From Candidatus Jordarchaeales archaeon (GTDB taxonomy: Archaea > Asgardarchaeota > Jordiarchaeia > Jordiarchaeales > Freyrarchaeaceae), in the NCBI GenBank assembly GCA_038858525.1, contig JAWCFL010000011.1, positions 30,545-62,544 of the forward strand: a DNA stretch of 32,000 nt. The letters are read 5' to 3'. A model generated the notes under the pieces. It saw only the letters and a program-made list of their open reading frames with translations, was not told where the DNA came from and searched no databases. Every line of letters starts with the position of its first letter. Position 1 is the stretch's first letter. Position numbers and translations under genes: made by a program. This document shows, one piece after another, positions 9,185-16,226 of the stretch.

Positions 9185-11500
9185 GTGAAGAAAAGATGCG
9201 AAATACTGTGCAGCGGAGTAGTTCAAGGAGTCGGCATGCGGCCTTTCGTGTACCGGATAGCTGTCAAAAACAGCTTAACAGGCTACGTCCTCAACTTGGG
9301 GGATGCCGGAGTAAAAATAGTCGTTGAAGGAGAAGAGGAAGACATTAAAAGGTTTATGATGGAGCTAAAGGAGAAAAAACCCCCACTGGCAAAGTTTGAG
9401 AAGATAAGGACGAAGTGGGGAAAGGCACGCGGAGAGTTCGATACGTTCACCATAGAGAAGAGTAGCAGTGACAGGATACTCGAAAGTTCCTACATACCTC
9501 CAGACGTGGCGATCTGCAATAACTGCATACAGGACATGTTGAACCCTAATGATAGGCATTACAAGTATGCGTTCACATGCTGCGCGGACTGCGGTCCAAG
9601 GTATACATCAATAATAGGTTTACCCTACGATAGAGAACTAACAACGATGCGAGACTTCCCTCTGTGCCCTCACTGCATGGAGGAATACATGAACCCTATG
9701 GATAGGAGATACCACGCTCAAGGAATATGCTGCCCTATCTGCGGCCCAAAACTCACACTCCACGCGAAAAACGGTGAGCTCATAGATTGCAACAACCCAA
9801 TAGCGGAGGCAGCCAGATTAATAAATGAGGGGGCCATAGTGGCTGTGAAGGGTATAGGGGGAAGCCACCTAGCGGCGCTCACAACTGATGACGAATGCGT
9901 ACTTAAACTAAGGCAGAGGAAAAGAGACAGGAAGTATAAGCCCTTCGCTGTCATGTCTCTGAGCCTCAACGAAGTAAGAAAGTATGCAGAAGTTAGTCAA
10001 AAAGAAGAGGAGGTTCTAACATCCTTCAGACGACCCATAGTGCTACTCAGGAAAAAAGAGGACTTTCCGCTTTCTAAGTGGATTAGCCCCGGACTACACA
10101 ACATAGGTGTGATGCTGCCATACTCGGGACTGCACATACTCTTGCTGCAAGAGGTCACAGACCCCGCTGTCATAATGACCAGCGGAAACGCGTCAGGAAA
10201 GCCCATAGCAGCAAGCAACGAGGAAATCATCACCCACCTTAGCGACTTAGCAGATTACTTCTTGCTCCACAACAGAGTGATATACCAGAGGTGTGACGAC
10301 TCTGTTGTCAAGATAGTAAATGGAAAAACCAAGCTGATACGCAGGTCAAGAGGCTATGTGCCAGAACCAATAGAGACGCCGATACCGTACAGGGGAAAAG
10401 GAATACTGGCAGTCGGACCAGAACTAACAGTAACAGTAACCGTTATGAAGGGAAGTAGGTGCTATGCCAGTCAACACATAGGCGACGTCTCAGGCGACCT
10501 CGACATGATGGAGTTCCACGAAAGCGTCACGACACACCTGCTAAAACTTTTAAACGTAAATCCTGAAGCCTTGGCATGTGATCTGCACCCTCAATTCATG
10601 ACGACCAAGATAGCAGAAGAATACGCTGAAAAATGGCAGGTCCCGCTGGTGAGGGTTCAGCACCATCATGCCCATGCGGCTGCACTAAAAGCGGAGCACA
10701 AATTGGATGAACCCATAGTCTGCATAGCGTGTGACGGCGTCGGCTACGGGCCAGATGGAACTATATGGGGTGGAGAAGTGCTACTCTCAGACTATGAGTC
10801 GAGCGAGAGACTCGGGCACCTTGCCCCCCAACTTATGCCCGGAGGAGACCAAGCCACTAAGTACCCAATAAGAATGGCGGCATCCATTCTCAGCCGTGTT
10901 TTGTCCGACAGTGAACTGAGGGATATTCTAACATCAAAATACATTGACGGGTTTAAATACGGGGAAAAAGAGGTGGAAGTTGTCCTAAAGATGATAAGAG
11001 ACGCTAAGGGGCCTCTCTCAACCAGTACAGGGCGCGTCTTAGACGCTATAGCAGCCCTGCTAGGAATATGCATGGAGAAAACATATCAAGGAGAGCCAGC
11101 GATGAGGCTTGAGGCAGCGGCGGCAAAAGGCAAACCAACCCTGAAAATAGAGCCCAAAATAAGTCGCTCAGACGGACGATACGTACTTGACACGTCCCAA
11201 ATACTTTCTGAAGTGCTACAGGCGTTAGGAAAACATAGAGTAGAGGACTTAGCGGCATCCGCCCAGCACGCTATAGCAATAGGATTAGCGGACATCGCCG
11301 TGAACGTGGCACAAGAGGAAAATGTGAGAACCGTTGGGTTTACAGGAGGCGTAGCATACAACGAAGCCATAACAAAAACCATAAGAAAGCACGTCGAAAA
11401 AAACGGGCTAGTTTTTATACAGCACTCAGTTATACCTCCAGGCGACGCTGGAGTGAGCATAGGGCAAGCGATAGTGGCGGCGTGCAGATTATTAGGTTAG
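9185..11500 (+). CDS. hypF: Hydrogenase maturation carbamoyltransferase HypF
   Basis: Acylphosphatase GVVQGVGMRPFVYR, Zn fingers (CNNC, CADCGPRY, CPHC, CPICGP), KGIGG, QHHHAH, DGVGYG, PPGDAGVSIGQ. Confidence 0.96.
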   Translation: MKKRCEILCSGVVQGVGMRPFVYRIAVKNSLTGYVLNLGDAGVKIVVEGEEEDIKRFMMELKEKKPPLAKFEKIRTKWGKARGEFDTFTIEKSSSDRILESSYIPPDVAICNNCIQDMLNPNDRHYKYAFTCCADCGPRYTSIIGLPYDRELTTMRDFPLCPHCMEEYMNPMDRRYHAQGICCPICGPKLTLHAKNGELIDCNNPIAEAARLINEGAIVAVKGIGGSHLAALTTDDECVLKLRQRKRDRKYKPFAVMSLSLNEVRKYAEVSQKEEEVLTSFRRPIVLLRKKEDFPLSKWISPGLHNIGVMLPYSGLHILLLQEVTDPAVIMTSGNASGKPIAASNEEIITHLSDLADYFLLHNRVIYQRCDDSVVKIVNGKTKLIRRSRGYVPEPIETPIPYRGKGILAVGPELTVTVTVMKGSRCYASQHIGDVSGDLDMMEFHESVTTHLLKLLNVNPEALACDLHPQFMTTKIAEEYAEKWQVPLVRVQHHHAHAAALKAEHKLDEPIVCIACDGVGYGPDGTIWGGEVLLSDYESSERLGHLAPQLMPGGDQATKYPIRMAASILSRVLSDSELRDILTSKYIDGFKYGEKEVEVVLKMIRDAKGPLSTSTGRVLDAIAALLGICMEKTYQGEPAMRLEAAAAKGKPTLKIEPKISRSDGRYVLDTSQILSEVLQALGKHRVEDLAASAQHAIAIGLADIAVNVAQEENVRTVGFTGGVAYNEAITKTIRKHVEKNGLVFIQHSVIPPGDAGVSIGQAIVAACRLLG

Positions 11501-12006
11501 AAGTTGCCAGCAACCATAAACGGCTTAGCATACTCCTCAACCAACTGAATTAACTGCTCCTCTAGCTTTTTAAGATGGGGACTTGATTCCCCATAATCCA
11601 ACCTCAACCTTTCGCGATAACTCGATATGAGGCTTGAAAGCTCAATGTAAGGCGCCAAGTTTGGAGTGTCCAGTAGCCCAACGTAACCTAGAAGGATTAA
11701 CGTGTAAATTGACTTCACAACGTTCCTACAAGCCTGCTCGAGTACACGTCTAAAGGCGCCCTTTGTAACCCCGCGGGCAAGACGTGGCCTCCGCCCTCTC
11801 GCATTCCTAGAAGCTCTCAGGAGACCTTTGAGGGAATACTGAACTCCTCTTCCAGCGCTTTCATCTAGAAGAAAATGGATGACCAGCGTTTCAAACTGTA
11901 TACGGGTGAGGTTAGACGAAGAGAGAAGGCGAGAAACAATAGAGTCGCCGAGGAGGCGACGCAGAAAATCCTCTAATTCGTTCAGTTCGACGTCTGCTCT
12001 GTCCAT
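11497..12006 (-). CDS. Hypothetical protein with a possible Bat/sigma-70 region 4-like HTH
   Basis: Pattern LTRIQFETL...GVTKGAFRRVLEQACRNV resembles HTH_10 (LTxRQxExL...GVSxST...L..A). Translationally coupled to the upstream RHH gene (2-nt gap). Confidence 0.6.
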   Translation of the reverse strand: MDRADVELNELEDFLRRLLGDSIVSRLLSSSNLTRIQFETLVIHFLLDESAGRGVQYSLKGLLRASRNARGRRPRLARGVTKGAFRRVLEQACRNVVKSIYTLILLGYVGLLDTPNLAPYIELSSLISSYRERLRLDYGESSPHLKKLEEQLIQLVEEYAKPFMVAGNF

Positions 12007-12008
12007 CT

Positions 12009-12440
12009 TCAGCCACCTTCACTTTTCAATTTGCCAAGCGTAGTGTACTGCTCCTCTAGGAGCTGGAATAATCCAAGTTCCTTCAGCTCTAACTCATCAA
12101 AAACTGTTTTCATCTTCTCCAGTATGGCAAGCCTGCAGAATACTGTTGCTCCACGCTCCCCAAACTTTTTCTTGAGCAGGGAGATGAAGCTACTAGGAAG
12201 CCTTACGTTGAAGTTTTGATCAAGCCGAGTCTTAGGGTCCTTCCTCACATAGACTATTTTCTCCACTACCTGGACGGGTAGAGGCGACGTGACCTTCTCA
12301 TCCACCAGAGATAATGAGGCCGCTGGCTGAGGATGAGCCACGGCACCTTCCTCATAGTTAAGAGGAGCAGGAGGCTGTGAGATTTGCCCATACTTTTCCT
12401 GCTCCTTGACTTTCTTCGCTATGTCAACCAGCCTCGTCAT
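12009..12440 (-). CDS. Ribbon-helix-helix DNA-binding protein with a long disordered N-terminus (ParG/SegB-like architecture)
   Basis: Pro/Gln/Ala-rich residues ~18-56, then NFNVRLP (strand), SSFISLLKKKF (helix A), G, ATVFCRLAILEKM (helix B). GGGTGA SD upstream of the ATG. Confidence 0.65.
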   Translation of the reverse strand: MTRLVDIAKKVKEQEKYGQISQPPAPLNYEEGAVAHPQPAASLSLVDEKVTSPLPVQVVEKIVYVRKDPKTRLDQNFNVRLPSSFISLLKKKFGERGATVFCRLAILEKMKTVFDELELKELGLFQLLEEQYTTLGKLKSEGG

Positions 12441-12463
12441 CTTATATCACCCGCATCGATGCG

Positions 12464-12492
12464 CGACATCGATATCTGAAAGCGATATCAGA
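12464..12492. promoter_or_regulatory. GATATC/CGACATC motif cluster upstream of the RHH gene
   Basis: CGACATCGATATCTGAAAGCGATATCAGA; adjacent 12-bp palindrome CGCATCGATGCG at 12452-12463. Confidence 0.5.
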
Positions 12493-13548
12493 CTACTCTG
12501 GAACCTCCTCGATGCATGGTAAAGCATCCACAAGGGCTCCATCGATCACAGGGCTTCCTCCATCCTTGAACCTGTTAGCAGCAACGAACACTGCCTGGTT
12601 GCAAAGCATACGAAGGTCACGCCCCACACCCATAGACTTTCGTTTCAAAGCAGGAACCGCATCCTCGGTGAAGGGGTGTATTTCAAAAGAGGACTCGTCA
12701 AACTCCTTAAGGCGGCCGCTAGCCCAATAAAGCCTCCTGCCGATAAATTCCCTGACGCCGCGCTCATCCAATGGTTCAAGCTCGATCTCCCAACATCTAT
12801 CATAGAGGTGAGGGACGCCTTCCTTGAGACCTATAGCATGAGTCTTCGTTCCAGTCAAAACGAGCATGCATATCATCTGATCCTCGTCGCCCTCCTCCGC
12901 AGCCCGCTTAATCGCATTAATCTCCCCCTCGTCAAGCTTCATTTTTTTAAGCTTAAGGAACCGCTTGAATTCATCTTCTTCTTCAACTACGAACCGCTTG
13001 GCGTCCTTCAGCGTTAAGTCGCCGACCTCCTTGATCTTAATAAAGACCTCAACGTCGTTCTCGCCGAAATCATCTATGAATATCAACGTAAGATATCCAC
13101 TCAAAAGATATCGAAGCATGATATCATACTTGACCAGCACGTAAATGTCTTCAGCATTGGCCGATCGAGAATATGGAACCCTAAGTTTCTTCGCCAAAAC
13201 CTCAGCCATCTGCCTCACATACAGCTTACTCTGAGACACCATCACGGGATAGAAACGATACTCAGGGTCACCCTGCCTAGAAAGCTCTAGAAGGTCCCCG
13301 TAAATCAGCTCGAGAAGCGTCGTTTTACCCATGCCGGGAAACTCGCTCGTTATCAGTATATGCCGCTCCCTAGCCTTAATGTAATCATCGATCTCAACTA
13401 TTACATCATGAGGAGCCACGAACAGTTCAGGGTCGCTTAACCTCACACTCGAAAACGGGTTCCACCTCCACCCGAAGAAGGAGTAGTATGCATTTCTAAT
13501 CTCAGCCACCGAAGGGTAGAGACGCCCAACAGCACCCATACGCTCCAC
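12493..13548 (-). CDS. ExeA/GspA-like (AAA_22-type) AAA+ ATPase with no C-terminal DNA-binding domain
   Basis: YYSFFGWRWNPFS N-terminal signature, Walker A variant ITSEFPGMGKTT, Walker B LIFIDD, sensor-1 LVLTGT, LYDRCWEIELEPL, FTEDAV...GVGRDLRMLCNQA. Start GTG 13548 (GGAGGTG 5 nt upstream) or ATG 13539. Confidence 0.8.
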   Translation of the reverse strand: MERMGAVGRLYPSVAEIRNAYYSFFGWRWNPFSSVRLSDPELFVAPHDVIVEIDDYIKARERHILITSEFPGMGKTTLLELIYGDLLELSRQGDPEYRFYPVMVSQSKLYVRQMAEVLAKKLRVPYSRSANAEDIYVLVKYDIMLRYLLSGYLTLIFIDDFGENDVEVFIKIKEVGDLTLKDAKRFVVEEEDEFKRFLKLKKMKLDEGEINAIKRAAEEGDEDQMICMLVLTGTKTHAIGLKEGVPHLYDRCWEIELEPLDERGVREFIGRRLYWASGRLKEFDESSFEIHPFTEDAVPALKRKSMGVGRDLRMLCNQAVFVAANRFKDGGSPVIDGALVDALPCIEEVPE

Positions 13549-13559
13549 ACAACCACCTC

Positions 13560-13625
13560 CGACATCCGATATCGACAGCCGAAAAAGATACCAGAATCCA
13601 GATATCAAAACCAGAAAACGATACG
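13560..13625. promoter_or_regulatory. GATATC/CGACATC motif cluster upstream of the ATPase gene
   Basis: CGACATC-CGATATCG at 13560-13574, GATACC 13587, GATATC 13601, GATACG 13620. Confidence 0.45.
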
Positions 13626-13843
13626 CAAAATCTAAAGAGAAAAAACATCGTAATACGTAGAGAACACCAACAGAATACGAGAAATACGCGGGAAGGCCAG
13701 CTGCGATTGAAAAGGAACACGAGCTCAAGAAACACTAAGAGAGCTAAACGAGAACCAAGAGCGACGTAGGTTTACAAAAAAGTATACCCACAGGGAGCCT
13801 AAAGCAGAAGAGAACATCAAACGAAAAGGATAAATACCAGAAA

Positions 13844-13864
13844 TATGGAGGGAATACCTCCATA
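13844..13864 (-). terminator. Hairpin, possible terminator/attenuator downstream of the 120-aa gene
   Basis: TATGGAGG-gaata-CCTCCATA (8-bp stem), followed on the minus strand by a T-rich tract. Confidence 0.35.
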
Positions 13865-13900
13865 AATAAGAAAGACGAAGAGCACAACAGTATTAGTTAC

Positions 13901-13920
13901 TTTGGAACATGTGTTCCAAA
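13901..13920. repeat. 20-bp palindrome, copy 1
   Basis: TTTGGAACA-TG-TGTTCCAAA, perfect 9-bp arms. Confidence 0.7.
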
Positions 13921-13922
13921 AA

Positions 13923-14285
13923 TCACGACTTTTTGCTCTCCTTAAGCGCAGCATAAGAAGTAAGGAGGTCCACCCAAGATTTGAGAAAACCCTTGGCGAA
14001 CCCCGCCCTCTCAGGAAGGTTTGAGGAGAAAACTTGCGCCAGAGAATCCAGATACTTCGCGTATCTCCTAGCGTCTTCTGCTGAGAGACCATTCATTAGT
14101 GAAACTATTAGGGAAATCTGGTTAAGTTTTTCAAGACCTGCAAGCCAACCTCGCCAGGCCAGCTCAACCCATTTATCTTTAAACCGTGATTCCTCCAAAG
14201 CTGCTTTAGCGATTTCAATGGCCTTCTTGTGATCGCCTTCAGCCAATGCTTTAACGAATTCTTCAACTTCACTCAAAACAACCAC
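13923..14285 (-). CDS. Hypothetical all-alpha protein adjacent to oriC
   Basis: 120-aa ORF of amphipathic helices with thermophile-like composition. TTTATATA box at 14300-14307 (minus); the true start may be TTG 14276. Confidence 0.7.
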   Translation of the reverse strand: MVVLSEVEEFVKALAEGDHKKAIEIAKAALEESRFKDKWVELAWRGWLAGLEKLNQISLIVSLMNGLSAEDARRYAKYLDSLAQVFSSNLPERAGFAKGFLKSWVDLLTSYAALKESKKS

Positions 14286-14432
14286 CCTGCTTAATTAAAT
14301 ATATAAAAAGACGACTAATTAAGATTTCCAGCAAAATGACGATTTCAGCAATCGAAAATGGATGTCGTAATCAGATATCGATACTTGAATTGCATTTTTT
14401 ATTTTTGTTCAGTGCATGAAGTGCGACAAGCA

Positions 14433-14453
14433 CCCCTTCGTTTCTACTGTAAC
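14433..14453 (-). promoter_or_regulatory. ORB element (left) with G-string
   Basis: GTTACAGTAGAAAC-GAA-GGGG versus the archaeal ORB consensus GTTCCAGTGGAAAC-nnn-GGGG (2 core mismatches). Confidence 0.8.
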
Positions 14454-14607
14454 AGGTAAACTTATAAATCACTAAGCTAAACTTGAGCTTTTTATACAAA
14501 AAACTTATATCTTCTAAGTCCCAAGTATTTTGGGGGAGAGTTTTAATTTTAAAAGTTTAATTAATAAACTTAAGAGAGTTTTACTTTTTCCAGTTGAAAC
14601 AGTGGGG
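14433..14607. other. Chromosomal replication origin (oriC): inverted ORB pair flanking an AT-rich DUE
   Basis: Minus-strand GTTACAGTAGAAACGAAGGGG (14433-14453) and plus-strand TTTCCAGTTGAAACAGTGGGG (14587-14607). The 133-bp spacer has 33 G+C (25%), core 14541-14570 has 2/30 G+C. cdc6 lies 1.7 kb away and flanking genes diverge. Confidence 0.85.
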
Positions 14608-14615
14608 TGGGTGGG
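14587..14615 (+). promoter_or_regulatory. ORB element (right) with extended G-string
   Basis: TTTCCAGTTGAAAC-AGT-GGGGTGGGTGGG. Confidence 0.82.
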
Positions 14616-14629
14616 TTTCCTTCTTTTAT

Positions 14630-14649
14630 TTTGGAACACATGTTCTAAA
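14630..14649. repeat. 20-bp palindrome, copy 2 (inverted copy of 13901-13920, 19/20 identical)
   Basis: TTTGGAACA-CA-TGTTCTAAA; overlaps the stop codon of the 95-aa gene. Confidence 0.7.
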
Positions 14650-14932
14650 TGTTTTCTTCCTCTACAACTACAAAAACTCGGCACTTAACAATATCCTTGT
14701 ATTTCTTGAAGAAAGCATTGAAGACTTCTGCGTGTTCATCTTGAACTAGTATTGCGCTATCTCCTGCCCTGTCGCAACCATAGAAGTCCACAAGGCCTAA
14801 TTTTTGCCCCTTTAATGTTTTTCCTTCCTTGTTTTTCCATTTGTAGGCGTATCCGAAGAGTTCCTTGAAGAATTTCACCCTGCGCGGGTTACTCGAATGT
14901 TCCGCCTTTACGTCGTAGACGTATATTCTCAA
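14645..14932 (-). CDS. Small orphan Cas2/VapD-like (ferredoxin-fold) protein
   Basis: MRIYVYDV (Cas2-type hydrophobic strand + YD), RRVKFFKELFGY helix, later DSAILV (cf. Cas2 QxSVF). GGAGG SD upstream of the TTG. Confidence 0.6.
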   Translation of the reverse strand: MRIYVYDVKAEHSSNPRRVKFFKELFGYAYKWKNKEGKTLKGQKLGLVDFYGCDRAGDSAILVQDEHAEVFNAFFKKYKDIVKCRVFVVVEEENI

Positions 14933-15015
14933 AGTTTTCCCTCCATCAATACGTTGCAGCCATTCGTCTTTGAAGACTTGTATTTTCGTTGTCTTTTTGT
15001 GGTCAATAGCTTAAC

Positions 15016-15377
15016 ATGTTAACACAGTGTTAACATAGCCGTTTTGAGTTGTTAACACGTTGTTTTTGCTATGAATAATGCAAATTATCTTAGTTAAAAA
15101 TTGACCCCTTTATTTCAACTGCAACATTTTTTTCGATATTTTTCTCTTTCCTTTTCGTGTTAACACGGTTTGTTAACCTTTATTTAGAAAAAACAATGGA
15201 AAATTGTTTTTTTGAAGATTTACCGCTTTTTATTTCAATTTTTCTTGTTAATACTTTTTAAAAATTCTCTTTGTCAAAAGATGGCGTATTTTTTCCTTTT
15301 TTTGTTCTTTTCGTGTTCGTCACGTTAACAAATTTACACATTATTTCTCTTTGTTTTTAACGCGTTGTTTTGTTAAC
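15016..15377. repeat. Cluster of seven GTTAAC palindromes in a long AT-rich intergenic region
   Basis: GTTAAC at 15018, 15029, 15051, 15159, 15172, 15324, 15372. ATGTTAACAC-A-GTGTTAACAT inverted repeat 15016-15036; CGTGTTAACACG 15156-15167. Confidence 0.7.
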
Positions 15378-15679
15378 GTATTGCGTGTTTTAGGTGAACC
15401 ATTTCCCCCTTTAGAAAATAACGTTTTTTTGCTGGCTTCAAAGTTTTTATGGACTCTTCTTTTAGCTTATCGTAGAAAGCGGCATATGTTCTGTTTTTCA
15501 GAGGGATTGAGCTGCGGGTTAATGTTCAAGTGTAAAGTGTTTGGTGTTGGCTCCTGAAAGCCCCTGAGGTTGTATTTTTGTGGGTGGAATGCATTAGTCT
15601 TGCAGTTTGATTATTCTGCTTTTTATGTGTTGCTGGTTGGAGTTGTTAAGGGTGTTTTTCGGGTGTAATAGATAGACAT

Positions 15680-15725
15680 ATATATTTACGCGTGTAAGTT
15701 TAACTTACCTCGTTTCCAGTGGAAG
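15680..15725 (+). promoter_or_regulatory. Putative TATA box plus ORB at the start of the wHTH gene
   Basis: ATATATTT 15680-15687, then GTTTCCAGTGGAAG 15712-15725. Confidence 0.65.
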
Positions 15726-15734
15726 GTGTGCTGG

Positions 15735-16205
15735 TTGGGGGCGAAGCGCTACAAGATCGAGATAGTTGATGCCGAGCGCAACGTGAAGGCTACTTTGACT
15801 ATTGAGGGTGATGTTTCCCCCCAGCTGGCGGCATCTCTTGTGGAGGAGCTTTCCGAGAAACTGTCTGAGGGCGGAGTGGCGGAGGAGGCACCTGCTGGGT
15901 TTGAGGCTTCCGAGGTTGACGCCGAGCTCCCCGACACTGAAAGTCTCTCGATGAAGGATAAAATTGAACTTGTACTGCTAAAGTATTTCCAGTATGGGTG
16001 GTTTACTTCTGGTGATGTTCATGAGCAGTTTACTCGGGTTTTTGGTGAGACCTCTCTAAGCGTGGTTTCAACATACTTGGCGAGGCTGCGTAGTGAGGGG
16101 CTCTTGGAGCGTAAGGGAACGAAAAAGCAGTATTATTACCGGCTTAAGGAAAGTGGCCGGCTCAGGGCTTCTAGGCTTAGCGAGCTTCTTCAGCTTCTTC
16201 CGTGA
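15735..16205 (+). CDS. Winged-helix DNA-binding protein upstream of cdc6 (beta-hairpin N-domain, acidic linker, wHTH)
   Basis: KRYKIEIVD...LTIEG N-domain, E/A/P-rich linker, then GWFTSGDVHEQF...SLSVVSTYLARL...GLLERKG...YYYRL (wHTH with wing). Start TTG 15735 after GGAAGGTG. Confidence 0.75.
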   Translation: MGAKRYKIEIVDAERNVKATLTIEGDVSPQLAASLVEELSEKLSEGGVAEEAPAGFEASEVDAELPDTESLSMKDKIELVLLKYFQYGWFTSGDVHEQFTRVFGETSLSVVSTYLARLRSEGLLERKGTKKQYYYRLKESGRLRASRLSELLQLLP

Positions 16206-16226
16206 AGTTGCTTCTCGACCGAGTGT

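Noticed and set aside
12493-13548. ATPase as ParA/SegA/MinD
   Set aside because: No deviant Walker A (KGGxxK[ST]); the motif order and helical lid match ExeA-like AAA+ proteins.
13549-13728. Hydrophobic 60-aa N-terminal extension of the ATPase ORF (looks like a membrane anchor)
   Set aside because: It arises from the T-rich minus strand of a skewed intergenic region. A strong GGAGGTG SD sits just before GTG 13548, and the family signature begins right after.
13901-13920. GAAC-N4-GTTC as a Gram-positive LexA (SOS) box
   Set aside because: The pattern matches, but the host is archaeal, the sites lie at gene 3' ends rather than promoters, and no lexA is visible.
15351-15557. 68-aa ORF in the AT-rich region
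   Set aside because: F/L/V-rich composition reflects T-tracts; no SD or recognisable domain.
14645-15700. CRISPR array or leader next to the Cas2-like gene
   Set aside because: No regularly spaced 24-40-bp direct repeats with unique spacers; the repeats are short palindromes at irregular spacing.
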